Shown here: in pieces, positions 1 to 16,795 of the stretch | Layout of the letters: each line of letters starts with the position of its first letter | Numbering within the stretch: the first letter of the stretch is position 1 | Assembly: GCF_009914755.1 (NCBI RefSeq) | Contig: NC_060934.1 | DNA: 64,000 nt | From: the human T2T-CHM13v2.0 reference genome, Homo sapiens | Strand: one strand, 5' to 3' | Position numbers and translations under genes: made by a program | The notes under the pieces: model-generated | What the model saw: the letters and a program-made list of their open reading frames with translations, nothing else | Database searches by the model: none | What the model was told of the DNA's origin: nothing

Positions 1-855
1 TATACTTTGTGTCAAAATGCACTGTGGGGCCAGTGGTATGTGATAAGATACGGAAGCTTGCTTTGGAACTCTCCTTGCAAGTACTGGGACTGGGGTTTTA
101 ATAATATAAAAATTCTTGGGGCTTTCTGACAAGGAATGCTTGAAAGCATACATCACTGCAGCAGGCTTATCAGTCCACTTCTAGGACAAACCCAGAAAGA
201 ATTTTCCTGTATTAGTCTTCAGGCATTACATTTGCCTCAGCTGTCAGTTACATTTGCTGAAATAAACCAACCTTAGTGATCTTTGCAACATGTAGTAGTT
301 TTAACAGCACATTGGAATTGAAAGGAACCCATGATTTGAATAAAAAATAGTAAATTTGGCTGGGTGTTTCTGTCATTTTTCAGAGTTCTATAACTGACAC
401 TGATAGGAAATATTTTTAGAAAAAACAAAATCAAACAGTGGAGTACTATGTCCTTGAAATATACACTTTGTGACTCTCTATGCACTGTGAAAGTAAACAT
501 GTATGTTTCTATATAGTTTTAATCCCTTGATAAGAGCGTAGATTTGTGGATGTTTAACTTAACAGCTGTGCCAATAAAACCCAGCCTGATACAGTCTTTA
601 TATGCCTGCTATATTTGAAGATATTGTTTAGAAATTTTTTACAGACCTTCTTCTCTTCACTATTCTTCACACCTCCATTTAGCTCCCTTCAGTGGCTGTG
701 TATGTTCTTTTGAATTACAGACATGGAAGGAGAAAAAAAAAAGCTACTACATTTTCTGCTAACTGAAATGACATTCAGCAATGCAAGCAATAGTCACCTT
801 TTTGTTTTTGTTTTTGTGATCACAGATTGGCAGGTTGGTACCAACCCATCTAGAG

Positions 856-1030
856 CAGTGATTCTCACCTTGGCAGCACTTTGGTGTTGCCAGGAAGCTT
901 TAAAAAGGAGAGAGGCCTGGGTCCTATTCAGGGGTTCTAGCTTCATTAGTTTGAGCTGAATCCGGGACATAGGGATTCTTAAAAACTCCCTGGATAGTTA
1001 TAAAATACAACCTAGAAGAAACCTTAAGAA
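856..1030 (+). mobile_element. MER5-like hAT-Charlie DNA transposon fossil
   Basis: Starts cagtgattctca, resembling the MER5 TIR; body resembles MER5A/B but is diverged. Confidence 0.55.
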
Positions 1031-1223
1031 ACTCAATTCCCCAAAGTAACTCTTAGAATTAACTACATAGAAAACCCTGCCTGGATTTTCATCTCATAAA
1101 TAATACTTAATCTTAATGGTTCTAGACATAGAGCCTGGCCATACTTATTCAAATATGAATTCAGTGTGAGTTTGAGAGTGGGAGTGTGAAAAACATGGGC
1201 CTATTTTATATGTGTTACTGGTG

Positions 1224-1410
1224 AGCTTGCCAGATTCAGCAAATAAAAATAGAGAATGCGCAGTTTGATTTGAATTTCAGATAAACATTGAATAATTTTT
1301 TCGTATAAGTATGTCATGTGCAATGCTTAGGACATGCTTGTACTAAAAAAATATTTATTGTGTATCTGAAATTCAAATTTAGCTGGCATCATGCATTTAT
1401 TTGGCAGCTC
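1224..1410. mobile_element. MER53 palindromic MITE
   Basis: ttgccagattcagcaaataaaaat...tttgaatttcagataaaca...tgtatctgaaattcaaattt...ttggcag matches the MER53 inverted-repeat structure. Confidence 0.85.
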
Positions 1411-2865
1411 CAATTACAGGACATGCAGGAAATTTTTACCAGTTCCACTTTAATCAAAGCATTTTACTTGACTTGTAACCAATCACCTATGAAACCATTT
1501 CGTATAGTTCTAATCACAGTGAAGTCACACAGAACAAGCAATCTAGCCCTTGTGGCTGAGACATTTAACCCAATTCACTAAACCTCCCGGCCTACTTTTT
1601 CACTTAAAAATTCACTTTGTCTAAGATATTTATAGAAGAGATCCATTCTAATTTCCTTTACCTCTTGAGTATACAGTTCGTAATTCCTCCAGCAGAGATT
1701 TATCAGCTTTCTAATACAGTTCTGGGGGAAATCCCCAGTGCCGAAGGGGTTCACTTCTCCAACATAAGTTGTCTCAACTATCTTAATCTGTAGACCAATT
1801 TGCTCTACAGCCCCCTACGGAAGGAACTTGTGGATTTTGGCAGTGTTTACCTTTCCTACAAACAAATTCGACATTTTCCAGACCGGCTGGCTCTTAAAAA
1901 TCACTTGAGGGCTGGGGAAAAGCTGCCTCTAGGCTGCTGCAGAATGCTCCCCACTCTGTTCTAGGAAAATCTTTGTGCCCCTCACAGCTGCTCGTGGATA
2001 ATCTATGGAGTCATGATTATTTAGAATCTGTGGAGAGGCTGTGCAGTTCCTGGAGTTAAGTTATTTTCAATAAGGAGAGCGGGAGAATCTGTCAAATAAA
2101 AAGATAAAATGTTCTGGCCTTATTTAATAGTAGTACAGACTTTTCCACAGGGAAAGGAGAAAAGAACAAATTTATATTTTGTTTTCTCATAGAGGCAAAA
2201 TGTTTTTAGAAATGTCATTTTACACACACAACAACAACATTTAGTATATCACGTGCTTGCACACTGCTAGCTTTCTCTTAGTGTGGTTAGTCATCTTTGT
2301 TTGGGAAGCCTGAATTGGTATCATTATCCTTTTTCATTTGTTAAGATCATCCACTACTCTTTAGTTCCCCAGCCACCCCTCCCTGTCCCTGAGATAAAAA
2401 CCCATTTAGCATCCTGGGGCAGCCGTCGTAAACTTCTCACACGAAAGAAACTTTCTTTGCAGGCACTAAGTAGAAGCTGACATCACTGTTAATCAAGGCG
2501 TTCCAATTTATGTTTTACAGAAAGAAGGTGCAATGCATGTGCTTGTTAGGGTTTCCTCACATCTGCCCTTTCATTTCTAAAGATTCTGAGATTTAATTGA
2601 ATATTCTCCTCGTTCTGTCAGCTGTGAGACTGGAATTTTGTTTATCAAGATTAGCTTGATCTGGAAAGTATAATTTACATTTATACATTTATTTCCCCAT
2701 GATATATTTTAATGCTATGTCTGGTGAATTAAAAGCTTTGTATTTAGTTAATTAAAGTGTTGTTTTCCTTTAGGTAGCAACTTTGTTATCTTCATTGCTT
2801 TAAACCTGAAGAGTTAAGATCTTAGCCTCTCAGCCCTTCCTTCTCCTCCTTGCCACACCCCCGTC

Positions 2866-3021
2866 CCAGCCAGTGTAGACCATGGTACTCACGGATCTCT
2901 TCCGGGTCCACTTCTGATGAATTTGGGGGAATGTCACTTTTCCAGCCAGTGTAGTCCATGGTACTCACAGATCTCTTCCTGGGAGCTTCCGCTTCCGATA
3001 AATTTGGGGGAATGTAACTTT
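2866..3021. repeat. Tandem duplication, 2 copies, period 76 bp
   Basis: ccagccagtgtag(a/t)ccatggtactcac(g/a)gatctcttcc...aatttgggggaatgt(c/a)acttt starts at 2866 and at 2942. Confidence 0.95.
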
Positions 3022-3955
3022 GCTCCAATTGGTTTCTTGTCTCTTCTGTTTTCTCTTCCTACATTAAGGGTTTTTTTTTTGTTGTTGTTGTTTGTTTTTA
3101 TTTCTGTTTGTTTGTTTGTTTGTGTGTTGGTTTTTAAATTTAAAGCCCTCTATCAAATGTCTGTTACCATTTAGCCTAAGTTTGGGGTGTGCTGAGATTC
3201 CCTCCTCTTTTTGATTCCCACCCTTTCTCTGCAACTCTGCTTGGGAATAACTGTATCCTTCCTCTTCCAAGTCTCTGCTTTGTTATATTATTCCTTTCCT
3301 TCTTCGTTCCCTCCTGTTTGCTCAGAAGAGCTGCTAACAATGAAATTTACTGTTCTGATTCTTCTGCTTATTTTTGCCACACAGGCCAGGTCCTGGCACC
3401 ACTTTGCTCTGTCACCTCGACTAGATTGATTATGGGGTGGGAGTGGGGCTTTGACCGATTCGTAATTCACTACTAGAGGCTTTCCAAACTGTTGGAAGCA
3501 AACCTCTAACACTTTGATTTAATGCTTCAGAATGAACTTGAATCTTGGCCAAACTCACCAATTATTTGGCTCAAACGCATAAACCTGAGTTGCATTTAGC
3601 CTTATGCTCCTCCGTCCCATGAGCCCTGGAGTAGAATTCTCTTTGCGGGTGAAAGCCAGAGTTCATTTGCAGTGGGGAGTCAGGGTAGCTCCTTTTTATG
3701 GTTTGTGGTAAAGGCCAAGGGTGGGCGTGTGAGAAAGGGATGCTGGAGATCCTTCTCTTCCCTTCGTCTTACACAGAACCCCTCATTCTATTTCTCATCT
3801 TAAACAAAGCCTATCTGCACTTAAAGTTTTAGATTTGGGTTTTAAAATGATTGCCATTGAAGTTATGCAAACGTTTTAGTTTGTTCCATGGTTTTGATCA
3901 TTTTTACAAACATAGTACAAGATATACCTTTAAGTTTTGTGTTTATTGGATAATA

Positions 3956-4295
3956 CAGTTGGCCTTCTGTATTCCTGGGGTCTGCATCTATGGAATGAAC
4001 CAAACTATGATAAAAAATGTTCAGAAAAGGAATTGCATGTGTACTAAACATATACAGACTTTTTGTCTTTATTGTCATTATTCTCTAAACAATGTAGTAT
4101 AACAACTATTTACATACCATTTACATTGTATTAGGTAGTATAAGTAATCTAGAGATGATCGAAAGTATACAGGAGGATGTGTGTAGGTTGCATGCAAATA
4201 CTACATCATTTTATATCCAGGACTTGAGCATTTGCAGATTTTCATATCTCCCGACGTCGTGGAAGCAATCCCTCACAGATACATAGGGACAAATG
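3956..4295 (+). mobile_element. MER2 (TcMar-Tigger family MITE)
   Basis: Starts cagttggccttctgtat; internal tacattgtattaggtagtataagtaatctagagatgat; flanked by TA at 3954-3955 and 4296-4297. Confidence 0.9.
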
Positions 4296-5340
4296 TATAT
4301 GCTTTGATATCACACAGCTTACAATGAAAGTAACACTTCCATTACCACTCAGGTAATTGACTCTCTTGAAAACTGAACTGTGTCCTCCTCTTACAGGTAC
4401 ATAGAAACTTAGAGTTTAGAATCCATCCTCAGGTACTATAGCACCCCTAACATCAAATATCGTTGTAGTGTTTTTTATGACAACATTTTTTGCCCGTGGA
4501 AAATGTGCCATGATGACTATAACCATCAAAGGGGCTGTCCCAGAAGGCACATGTCAGGTCTGCATAAACTGAGAGAGTCCAACTTCTCGCTGGTTCATGT
4601 CTGAGGCCACGGCAACTACTTTCTGCCAAATAAGTCAGCCGGGACATTCTGGCAGCTTGGAAGGGATTTTTATGTGGATGGATATTAGCAGCTTCCCAGA
4701 CACAATTAAATCAGGCCAGAAACCATATTAGACACTTTTGCCAAATTTTTATTAAATCAAAGTAAACTAGGTCACTGCTTATTCCTTAACATTATTTTGG
4801 TAAAACTTAACCTAAGTCAAAGATTAGAAGAAAAACTTTGTCTCCCTCTCCCCACTGGCACTGCCTTTGTTCTAACAAAATAACATTGATTTTGGATTCA
4901 CCAGGATCACAAGTTGCTTCTTAATCCAACTGAAAATAATCCTGAACTGATTTTGCAATTTGTTTCCAGAATAGGTTTTACAAAAGCCATGAATTTCCAC
5001 AGAGAGATTCAGCTTCTCTATATAAATGCTTTGGCTCATGTGTAGAAATTGGCATCTTTTTTTTTTTTTTTTTGGCAACAAGTCACCTAAACAACCTGGC
5101 CCAATGTGGAAACAAGTCAAATAAGAAAAACAAGCTAAAATGTTGCTTTCACTGTGAAAAACACATATTTCTAATTCCAATAGAAAGAGACCTTTATATA
5201 TGATATGCACTGTGCACAAAATATTGAAACTCTACAAAAGCTACTACTGAGACATTGTGGCTTCAAGAATTTTGATTTATTTGTTGCACAATGCAAGAGT
5301 GTGAAAATGATTATGGAGCATCATTTGTAAATGTTGGCTA

Positions 5341-5879
5341 TGTTAATCTTGGGTGTAAAGTCGGTGTTGCCGCGAAAGAAAGCCAGGCCTGGCACGAAGC
5401 AGTTTATTCTACCCACAGGTTACAGCAGGGCCATCACTGCATCCCATGCAGGGCCGCAGGACACCAGATTTTGGTCAGTGTCAGAAGACAGGAGCAAGGG
5501 CAAAGCATAGCCTGGACTCTTTACTGGGATTTCCATGGAAAAGGCAAGGCCGGGCAAGGTAAAGGGATTAGAATTGACTAGTTTAAATAGTACTGGGGTT
5601 TTGGCTAGAGGGGTGTCTCTAGTTGCCTTGTACCAGGCTCTGGGAGGATTCAGGGCAGGGAATACATTATTGGCTTTGTGTATGAGAGTTAGATAACGGG
5701 TTGGTGGAGTCTAAAAAACTCAGGACTGGCTGGTTTGTATGTGACAGACATGCTCCCAGCCCGGGCTTTTGCTTTAAGAAAGGGTTAGCCCTGGGAGAGG
5801 CAATCTCTCTCCTGCCAGGAAGGCTTTTAATATGTCAAGGTTTCACAAAATACAGAAAACAAAACACATGATTAATGCA
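5341..5879 (-). mobile_element. Solo ERVL-class LTR, MER73/MER74-like
   Basis: Reverse complement begins tgcattaatcatgtgttttgttttctgtattttgtg...gacatattaaaagccttcctggcaggagagagattgcctctcccagggctaacc, similar to recalled MER73/74; TG...CA termini. Confidence 0.7.
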
Positions 5880-6169
5880 GCATCTCTAGTAACTTTCACA
5901 GTATTTTCAGGGCTACAAATGCTGGAAGACTTCGTCTTTATATTTCCCAATCCCAAGCCATATGGAACAAGGGCATGAAATTCTGACTATGCAAAAGCAA
6001 GAAAAGGTCATCTTTTAAAACATTTTTTCATAAGGTAGGAGCGTCTAAGATCCTAAGGACACATGAGGGTGAGGAATCAAGTCCATGAAGACACTGCTGC
6101 ACTGTTGTATCCACTGATCAACTTAAAATATTACCAGTAATTTTAAAGCCTCCTTGTGTTCCCATCCTT

Positions 6170-7800
6170 AAAAAGATCCTTATCTGTACTCCCAGAGAAA
6201 ACTGACTTCTTTATTTATCTTTCCTTGATTTTTAAAAAATATGTTACCTAGTATGATTGAATCCTTAAATAATGTGTTATTTAGCTTTGCATAGTTTTGA
6301 ACTTTATAGAAAATGAAGCATAAAATACGTGTTCTTTGCCCATGTGCTTTTTTCCCCTCTCCATTCTGTCTTGAGACTCACTCATGTTGATGAACCTGGA
6401 TGTCAATTCATTTTCAATGGGCTGTGATATTTCATTATAAAAATACATCGAACTTGATTATATGAAAATTTTTGTCCATTTCCTTGTGTACATGTTTATG
6501 AGGAAAAACTTTCAGAATGTAATCCCTAGATTAAAAGTTAGATACATCTCAAGCTTTGTTTGATAATGCCAAAATACATTCCGAATTACTTTTCATGGGC
6601 TCAGTAGTACTTGGTATTATCAGACTTCCTGATTTTTGACAATTTGGTTCTGAGGAAAACAGTGTCCCATTGTGGTTTTACTGTGCTTTTTTTTTTTTTT
6701 ATTACTTGTGAGTTTTTGCCAACCATGTTTCCTTTTCTGTTACATACCTACTTATGCCATTTGTTACTCTTGTAATTTATAGGAATTCTTTATACTTATG
6801 GTCACTAATTATTTGTCAGTAACAGGCACTGCAATTATCTTCCTTCAATTCATGACTTTCCTTTTCTACTTTATTAATGTCATCTTTGATCAATAGATTT
6901 TAATGTGGTCAAATATATTAAAGTTTTTCCTTATGATTTGTGCTTTTTCCTTTGTATTTAAGAAATGTTTGTCCATCATGAAATAATAAAGAAGTACATT
7001 TTCTTCTTTAATAATTTGACTTTCATATTAAACTTTCATCCATCCAGAACAAATTTTTGTATGTTGGGTGATTTTTGTGGATTTTGTTTTCATTTAAATG
7101 GGCACATGCCCCAGTACTGTTTATTCAATAATTCATTTCTTCCCCACTGACTTATAGTGCCAGAGATGTCCCATGTCACATTTTCTTGTATGCATGGATT
7201 TGTTTTTGACATCCCTAATCTGTTCAACTGGTCATTTATCTACCTGTAGACTGATGTTATATGAATTACTGTAGCTTAATAGTAATTCTTGATATCTATT
7301 ATGAATGGTAATGCCAACTTTTCCTTCTCCTTCTCCCTACCCTTTTTTTTTTTTTTTTTTGAGATGGAGTCTCGCACTTGTTTTCCAGGCTGGAGTGCAA
7401 TGGCATGATCTCGGCTCACGGCAACCTCCACCTCCTGGGTTCAAGCAATTGTCCTGCGTCAACCTCCTGAGTAGCTGGGATTACAGGCATGCACCACTAT
7501 GTCCAGCTAATTTTGTTGTATTTTTAGTAGAGACAGGGTTTCACCATGTTGGCCAGGCTGGTCTCAAACTCCTGAACTCTGGTGATCTGCCCCCCTCAGC
7601 CTCCCAAAGTGCTGGGATTACAGGCATAAGCCACCACACATGGCCTCCCTTTTTCTTACTCTTCTTTTTCTTCTTATGGTTTCTCCACTTACTTGTCCTT
7701 CTCCTCCTCTCTCCTCCTCCTCCTCTTCCTACTCATCCTCTTCTTTTTCTTGGTTGCCTTGGCTCTTGTTTTTTTCTTTTCATATGCATTCTAGAATCAG
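6170..7800 (-). mobile_element. Ancient L1M (L1ME-like) 3' region, interrupted by an Alu
   Basis: Degenerate antisense L1 motifs (tttgaactttata, cccattgtggtttta, gtagcttaatagtaattcttgatatc). Confidence 0.6.
7342..7645 (-). mobile_element. AluS (Sq/Sp/Sx-like)
   Basis: Poly-T followed by gagatggagtctcgcacttgtt...gctgggattacaggcataagccaccacacatggcc. Confidence 0.97.
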
Positions 7801-7809
7801 TACATATAT

Positions 7810-10139
<2,330 letters not shown>

Positions 10140-10159
10140 TAATGAAAGAAATGAAAATT

Positions 10160-10830
10160 AAGAAGACAATATCAACTTGACTTTTCAATAGCAAAATAAA
10201 GCAGACTGGCCATATCAAGTGTTGGATGGAGTGTGTATCCAGGATTTTCTTTTACTTTGATGGTAGAAATATAAACTGGTACAACTGCGTTGGAAAACAA
10301 TATACAGCTGACATTTGCATTCTTTAAAATCTAGCAATTCTACTCCAAGTTCAATTCAAGGAAAAGCTTAGTACATGTGTCCCCCAAAACATGTACACAA
10401 TAGCACTGATCATAAAGGAACAAAATGGAAATAATACAAAAACATATAGACAGAAAATATATAAATTATGGTATCTTTTCACAATAGAGTATGTTTAGCT
10501 ACATGCAACAACATGGATAAACATTAGTATCATTTTGCTGAATCAATAAAGTAAGTCTCAAAAGACAACATACAGTTTGATATTCTTGTTTGATATTCTT
10601 GTTTTGAAACTCACAACCTGGTAAAACTAAACAATATTTTTTAGGCATCAAATGTATGCAGTAACTCACCTACATAAAGAACAAGGAGGAAATAGATATA
10701 AAATTCAGGTATTGGTTATTTTTGGAGAAATGGCAGGGATGTGGGATTGGGAGAAGTGCTTAGGAAAAAGTATTTTTGGTAGAATATTCTAGCTCTTGGA
10801 TTAGATAGTGCTTTGGGGGTTGTTGATTAT
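10160..10830 (+). mobile_element. Ancient L1ME-like 3' fragment
   Basis: aaactggtacaactgcgttggaaaacaat, ctagcaattctactcc, gctacatgcaacaacatggataaac. Confidence 0.65.
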
Positions 10831-10839
10831 AGAATTAAG

Positions 10840-10928
10840 AATAAGTACATTAGAAAACCAACTATATAATAAGTACATTAGAAACAAACTATATAATAAG
10901 TACATTAGAAAACCCACAAACTATATAA
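10840..10928. repeat. Minisatellite, about 3 x 27-28 bp (ataagtacattagaaa..aactatata)
   Basis: Three consecutive near-identical units are directly visible. Confidence 0.95.
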
Positions 10929-11338
10929 AGAAAGTTCCTACATCTAAGAGGATGATGATGTGTTGTGAATGAAGGATTATGACCAATCCAATTCATGAGG
11001 TCTAGTAAATAAATAAGTAAACAATAAATGATAAGCATTTATATTAGAAATGGCTTTGAATAAAGGAAAAGGTAGTGTCCACAAAACCCACTGGAAGCTC
11101 TGAATTGAGGAGCTCTCAGTTCTTCTTCATGGGTAGGACTGCCTAGAAGTGATAAGCAGTCAATAGTGATTGCTCTAACTACACCACTAAACAAGAGAGT
11201 TTGACTCATCTCTTTAATCAAACATTACATTCAGAATAGTATGTAGTGATTCTGCAACTGGGAAAATGGGACTAGTTAAACAATTAATCATCATTAATCA
11301 TCATTTTAGTGTTAATCATTTTACCTAACTTTTCTTCA

Positions 11339-11368
11339 ATTTAAAGAAATCTTAAGATTTCTTTAAAT
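11339..11368. repeat. Perfect 30-bp palindrome
   Basis: atttaaagaaatcttaagatttctttaaat equals its own reverse complement. Confidence 0.98.
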
Positions 11369-11971
11369 CCAATGACCAATAACTAAACATATAAACTTTT
11401 AAACAAAACAGCACACCCTTTCATGATTGTCTAATAAAATTTGAGATTGACAGATGATGCCCATATAAGATATTACCACACACACAGCCACACCCACACA
11501 CACACATACACATCGGATAAAGTAGCAAAATTTTTAAGATCACATGAAACCAATACCACTCATATAAAGAGGGCAAGAAAAACAATTAAAACCTTAATGT
11601 TGGATGGAGCTGTGGCCCATATTTTTAAAGTTGATGTTAGTTTAGCCATGAAGGTGTAAAATACAGAAAGAAAGTGGGTGAAAAAGACATAATCAGATTA
11701 CAGATATGTTTATATCTATAAAGCATGGCGTGAGCTAAGATTGAATTGTATAAAATACATATTAGAAATTATTTCAGTAAAGGCCATCGACTTGAAGTCA
11801 TTCTGTGATGGCAGCTTATCAGAAAAAAATCATGGGTCCCTAATGAGATGTTCCCTTAACATTGACTAAATGACATTAAATACACTTTGATTTATTATTT
11901 GAAACAAGTAGTATAGGATTTTATTACAGGATTCTAATGTGTATGAAGGATCACATGACTTATGAAAAGTA

Positions 11972-12466
<495 letters not shown>

Positions 12467-12803
12467 TAACAGGAATGAAGGGAAAAAGATACTAAGGTCA
12501 TACAAATTCACATGTCATTGAAGGTACTTGATTGTTTAAAACACAGGAAGTTTGCATCCCACTGAAAAGTGTTATTCATTGAAATAACATTTTACATTAT
12601 GTATCTTCAGAAAGAACAAAATAAATCAAAACTAAATTTTTTTGTTGGATAACAGATGAACAGTGGTTGATTTCATCAAATGTAATTTTTCAAAGACAAT
12701 GCATTTCAATGCAAGTTGTACTTGCACTTTCAGAAAATCATACCTTTATACACAGAGCTAATTCTGAGTAACAAGTCAGTAATCCAGATTGATTCTGTTC
12801 CAT

Positions 12804-12899
12804 CTTGGTGTCACGCGTTTTGAGAACCCTAATTCGCATAATAGGTAATATGAATTGCCTATTATGCAAATTAGGATTCTCAAAACGCGTGACACCAAG
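12804..12899. repeat. Near-perfect inverted repeat, 46-bp arms, 4-nt loop
   Basis: cttggtgtcacgcgttttgagaaccctaattcgcataataggtaat / atga / attgcctattatgcaaattaggattctcaaaacgcgtgacaccaag; 3 mismatches. Confidence 0.98.
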
Positions 12900-13500
12900 G
12901 ATCAGCGAACGTTTTCTGTGAGTTTCTAAGCTAAGTCAGAATAAAGACTGAGGAGGGATCCCCAAAAAGCTGGCAGGCAAAGGGCAGGTTGGAATGCAGG
13001 GTTACAAACTGGTGACCTTAGGACAAAATTCAGCTGCTCACAACCTTCCAAGAAAGGTAAAGGCCTTTAGACGGTGTTCATTCTTATGTCCTCAGGCTCA
13101 CTAATTTACGTCTCTCTGAGGGCATTTGAGTTTCGCGCCTCTTGGTGTTTTAAGGCCACTGCTGAAGAAATTCATTAGCCGTGTCTCTTAGGTCACTTGT
13201 ATTATACAGCCAACTGCAGGGGCCTTTACTACAAGAGTCTCTAATACATTCATCAGATTTTACTACTATGTCTTGCAGATAGCTCATTCACAGTCTTTTT
13301 GTTCATGAAATATGCTGTTTCATTTTTTAAGTTTTATCACAAACACTTTAACATGCATCAAATTAAAAGTCACCAATGATTCATAATCTCTGAGGTCAAA
13401 TTTCTTCATCCAATTTTTCATCCCTACAGCAATCTAGCCATGGACAGTTAGAGCATATCTTGATTCAAGGCATTCAGCCTTAAGAATATATCTGGCAAAC

Positions 13501-13968
<468 letters not shown>

Positions 13969-15089
13969 TTAATTTTCTTATCTTTCTTACACTCCACAAA
14001 GACAAATAACGAATAAATCTCAGTTCAAATATTCTGTTCAACACCTCCTCCTGACTCTACTGGAAAATATGTAGTAGGGAAAGCTTCCAAAGTACATTTC
14101 CATTTTAATTCAAATTTTCTAACAAACACATATTCAAACTAGTATTTTTATTGTGGTAAAGTTTTACCACCTCAAAGAACAAACTGAGAAATATCATGAA
14201 CAAAACCATTTGAGAGAAGTGTTCTTGGTGAGTGATTGCAGTAGTCACTGGCCGCAGCAGAGTTTCCTATGGCCTTAATGTAAGCAATAACTCACGGAGT
14301 TTTAACCACTGGTAGATTTTTCCCTATCTCTGCAGACATCTGTACGTTCTAGTGAATCGTACTAGATTGAAAAAAAAAAAACTCACATAGGTGTGTATCT
14401 TGCTAAAAAAAAACTGTAAACATTTTCAATTAACATATCTTCATAGATAAAATCATTGTAAATGTAGTAAACAAATAAAAAATACATTAATTTACTTAAG
14501 AGCTAAAATCTCTCAACCAATTCAATTGTACTCTTGGACATTTGAAACTGCATTATTTGGCAATGTTGTGTGAGGCAAGTAATTTTTTTCTTTAGTTTTG
14601 CTTTTATTTTGGCCAAAAGGAGAAGTTTTTTTGCTATCTAAAGGATAGAACTTTACCTATTTTTCTCTTATTTCATGTCATCTTTCAAGATGATTCTGAA
14701 AATGGTCATCAAACAGACCTTTAGCATTTTACAGTGCTTAGTTTGATGTGTTCTTCTTCGTCTTCACCCTAGCTAAGACCTCTCTCTTTTTTAACTGTAA
14801 ATAATCTGTCGATTTCCCCTTTGAATGTCTATGATTTGTTTTAAACTTGCTGCAAGAATGACAATTTCATAGAATTATTGCCCAGGTAATTTATTTTTCC
14901 TTTTTTGCATTATAAATGTCAAAATGTCTACTCATTCTAATCTTCAAAATAATATGATTCATGTTTTCGATGAATTTAGAGTGTATCTTATGTCTTGCTG
15001 TTTCAGTGGTTGTGGTGTCCAAGGCAATGGATCATTTTCCTGCTGTAAGTGCACTGTGGGAGAATCAGCACCCAGGCCATCTATCTCTC

Positions 15090-15455
15090 ATTTTTTAAAA
15101 ATTTAGTTTCAGGGAGTATATCTACAAGTTTGTTAAGGGTATATTGTGTAGGGCTGGTGTTTGGGCTTCTATTGAACCCATCACCCAAATAGTAAAGACA
15201 ATACCTAATAGGTAGTTTTTCAACCCTTTTCTCTCTCTCTTCTCCCTTTTTGGAGTCCCCAATGTCTACCGTTTCCATGTTTATATCCACATGTTCCCAT
15301 TGCTTGGCTCCCATTTATAAGTGAGAACATGTGGTATTTGATTTTCTGGTTTTGCATTAATTAAGGCCATAAGATAATGGCCTCCAGCTCCAACCATGTT
15401 GCTGTGAAGGATGTGGTTTTATTCTTTTTATGGCTGCATAGTATTCCATGTGCAC
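15090..15455 (-). mobile_element. L1 3' end fragment (L1PB4/L1PA16-like)
   Basis: gaacccatcacccaaatagt, cccatttataagtgagaacatgtggtatttg. Confidence 0.8.
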
Positions 15456-15701
15456 CATGTATCTCACTTGGGCTGATTCAGGCACCTGTGCCTTTTCTTG
15501 GTATCAATACTGTACTTTAAACTTGCAGTGTTTATCTGCCAAACCTGTTATCATTCGAAAATATGTTTTAAAAAATTGTTTCACCTTAAAGATACCAAGT
15601 GGAGAATAACATGAAAATCATAGGCCTTAAAAGTTTTAGTATGTATGAGTTACCAAGGATCATCCTGTGGTAAGAAACAAAGCTTAATATATAGTCAGTA
15701 T

Positions 15702-16131
<430 letters not shown>

Positions 16132-16599
16132 TTTTGTTAATTAATTATAAGATTAACCTGGTTTGTGGCATCTAATGTCGTTTTCTAAAACTAAAAAGGG
16201 ATTACAATTAAAAGACATATTTAATTACCAATTTGTGATCCTCCACTCACTTTCCAAGAAATCAGAATGCTAATATTTCTACTTGAGTATCAGCTGTATA
16301 AACCAGTCACCAGCTTTTCAAATCCCCCATTATATATAACCTTTTTGTTTCCCCAGTGTTTACAAGAAAACAAACATTTATATTGTCTGGAGCTAAGACG
16401 TGGGAATTTTGCAGAAATACATTTGACAGACTATTTTAAAATTTCATACACTTAAAAAGCTGTCTCCCCATAGTTACCATAAAATGTTGGAAAGTGGTAC
16501 CATATTAACCCTATGTTCGGCATGCGCTCTAACCTATGGGTAGATACTTTTAGAGAATGTGTTCCCCACATTGTGAGAATGAACATTAGGGGAGAATGC

Positions 16600-16795
16600 A
16601 ATCTTTAGAACTAAAGTAAGAAAAGTTTCAATCCTGGGTATGACACTTTCTTGTTATGTGATGTAGGCAGCATACTTTAGCTCTCTCAACCTAATGTTCT
16701 TATTTTTGCTTAAAGGACTAGATGGACCATCATATATAAAGCACAAAGCAATTTTCCTGAAATATAGGAGATGTTCAATAAATGTAAGCAATGTA
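16600..16795 (+). mobile_element. MIR
   Basis: ttcaatcctgg...tgtgatgtaggcag...gttcaataaatgtaagc. Confidence 0.6.

Noticed and set aside
1327-1347. miR-1302-like sequence inside MER53
   Set aside because: ttaggacatgcttgtactaaa differs at 4 positions, one in the seed, from mature miR-1302 as I recall it; an ordinary MER53 copy.
2508-2540. Possible 7-nt microexon (ttttacag|AAAGAAG|gtgcaa) followed by TGCATG
   Set aside because: The donor site is weak and there is no supporting evidence.
10840-10928. CRISPR-like repeat array
   Set aside because: Head-to-tail units without unique spacers, in human DNA with no cas genes.
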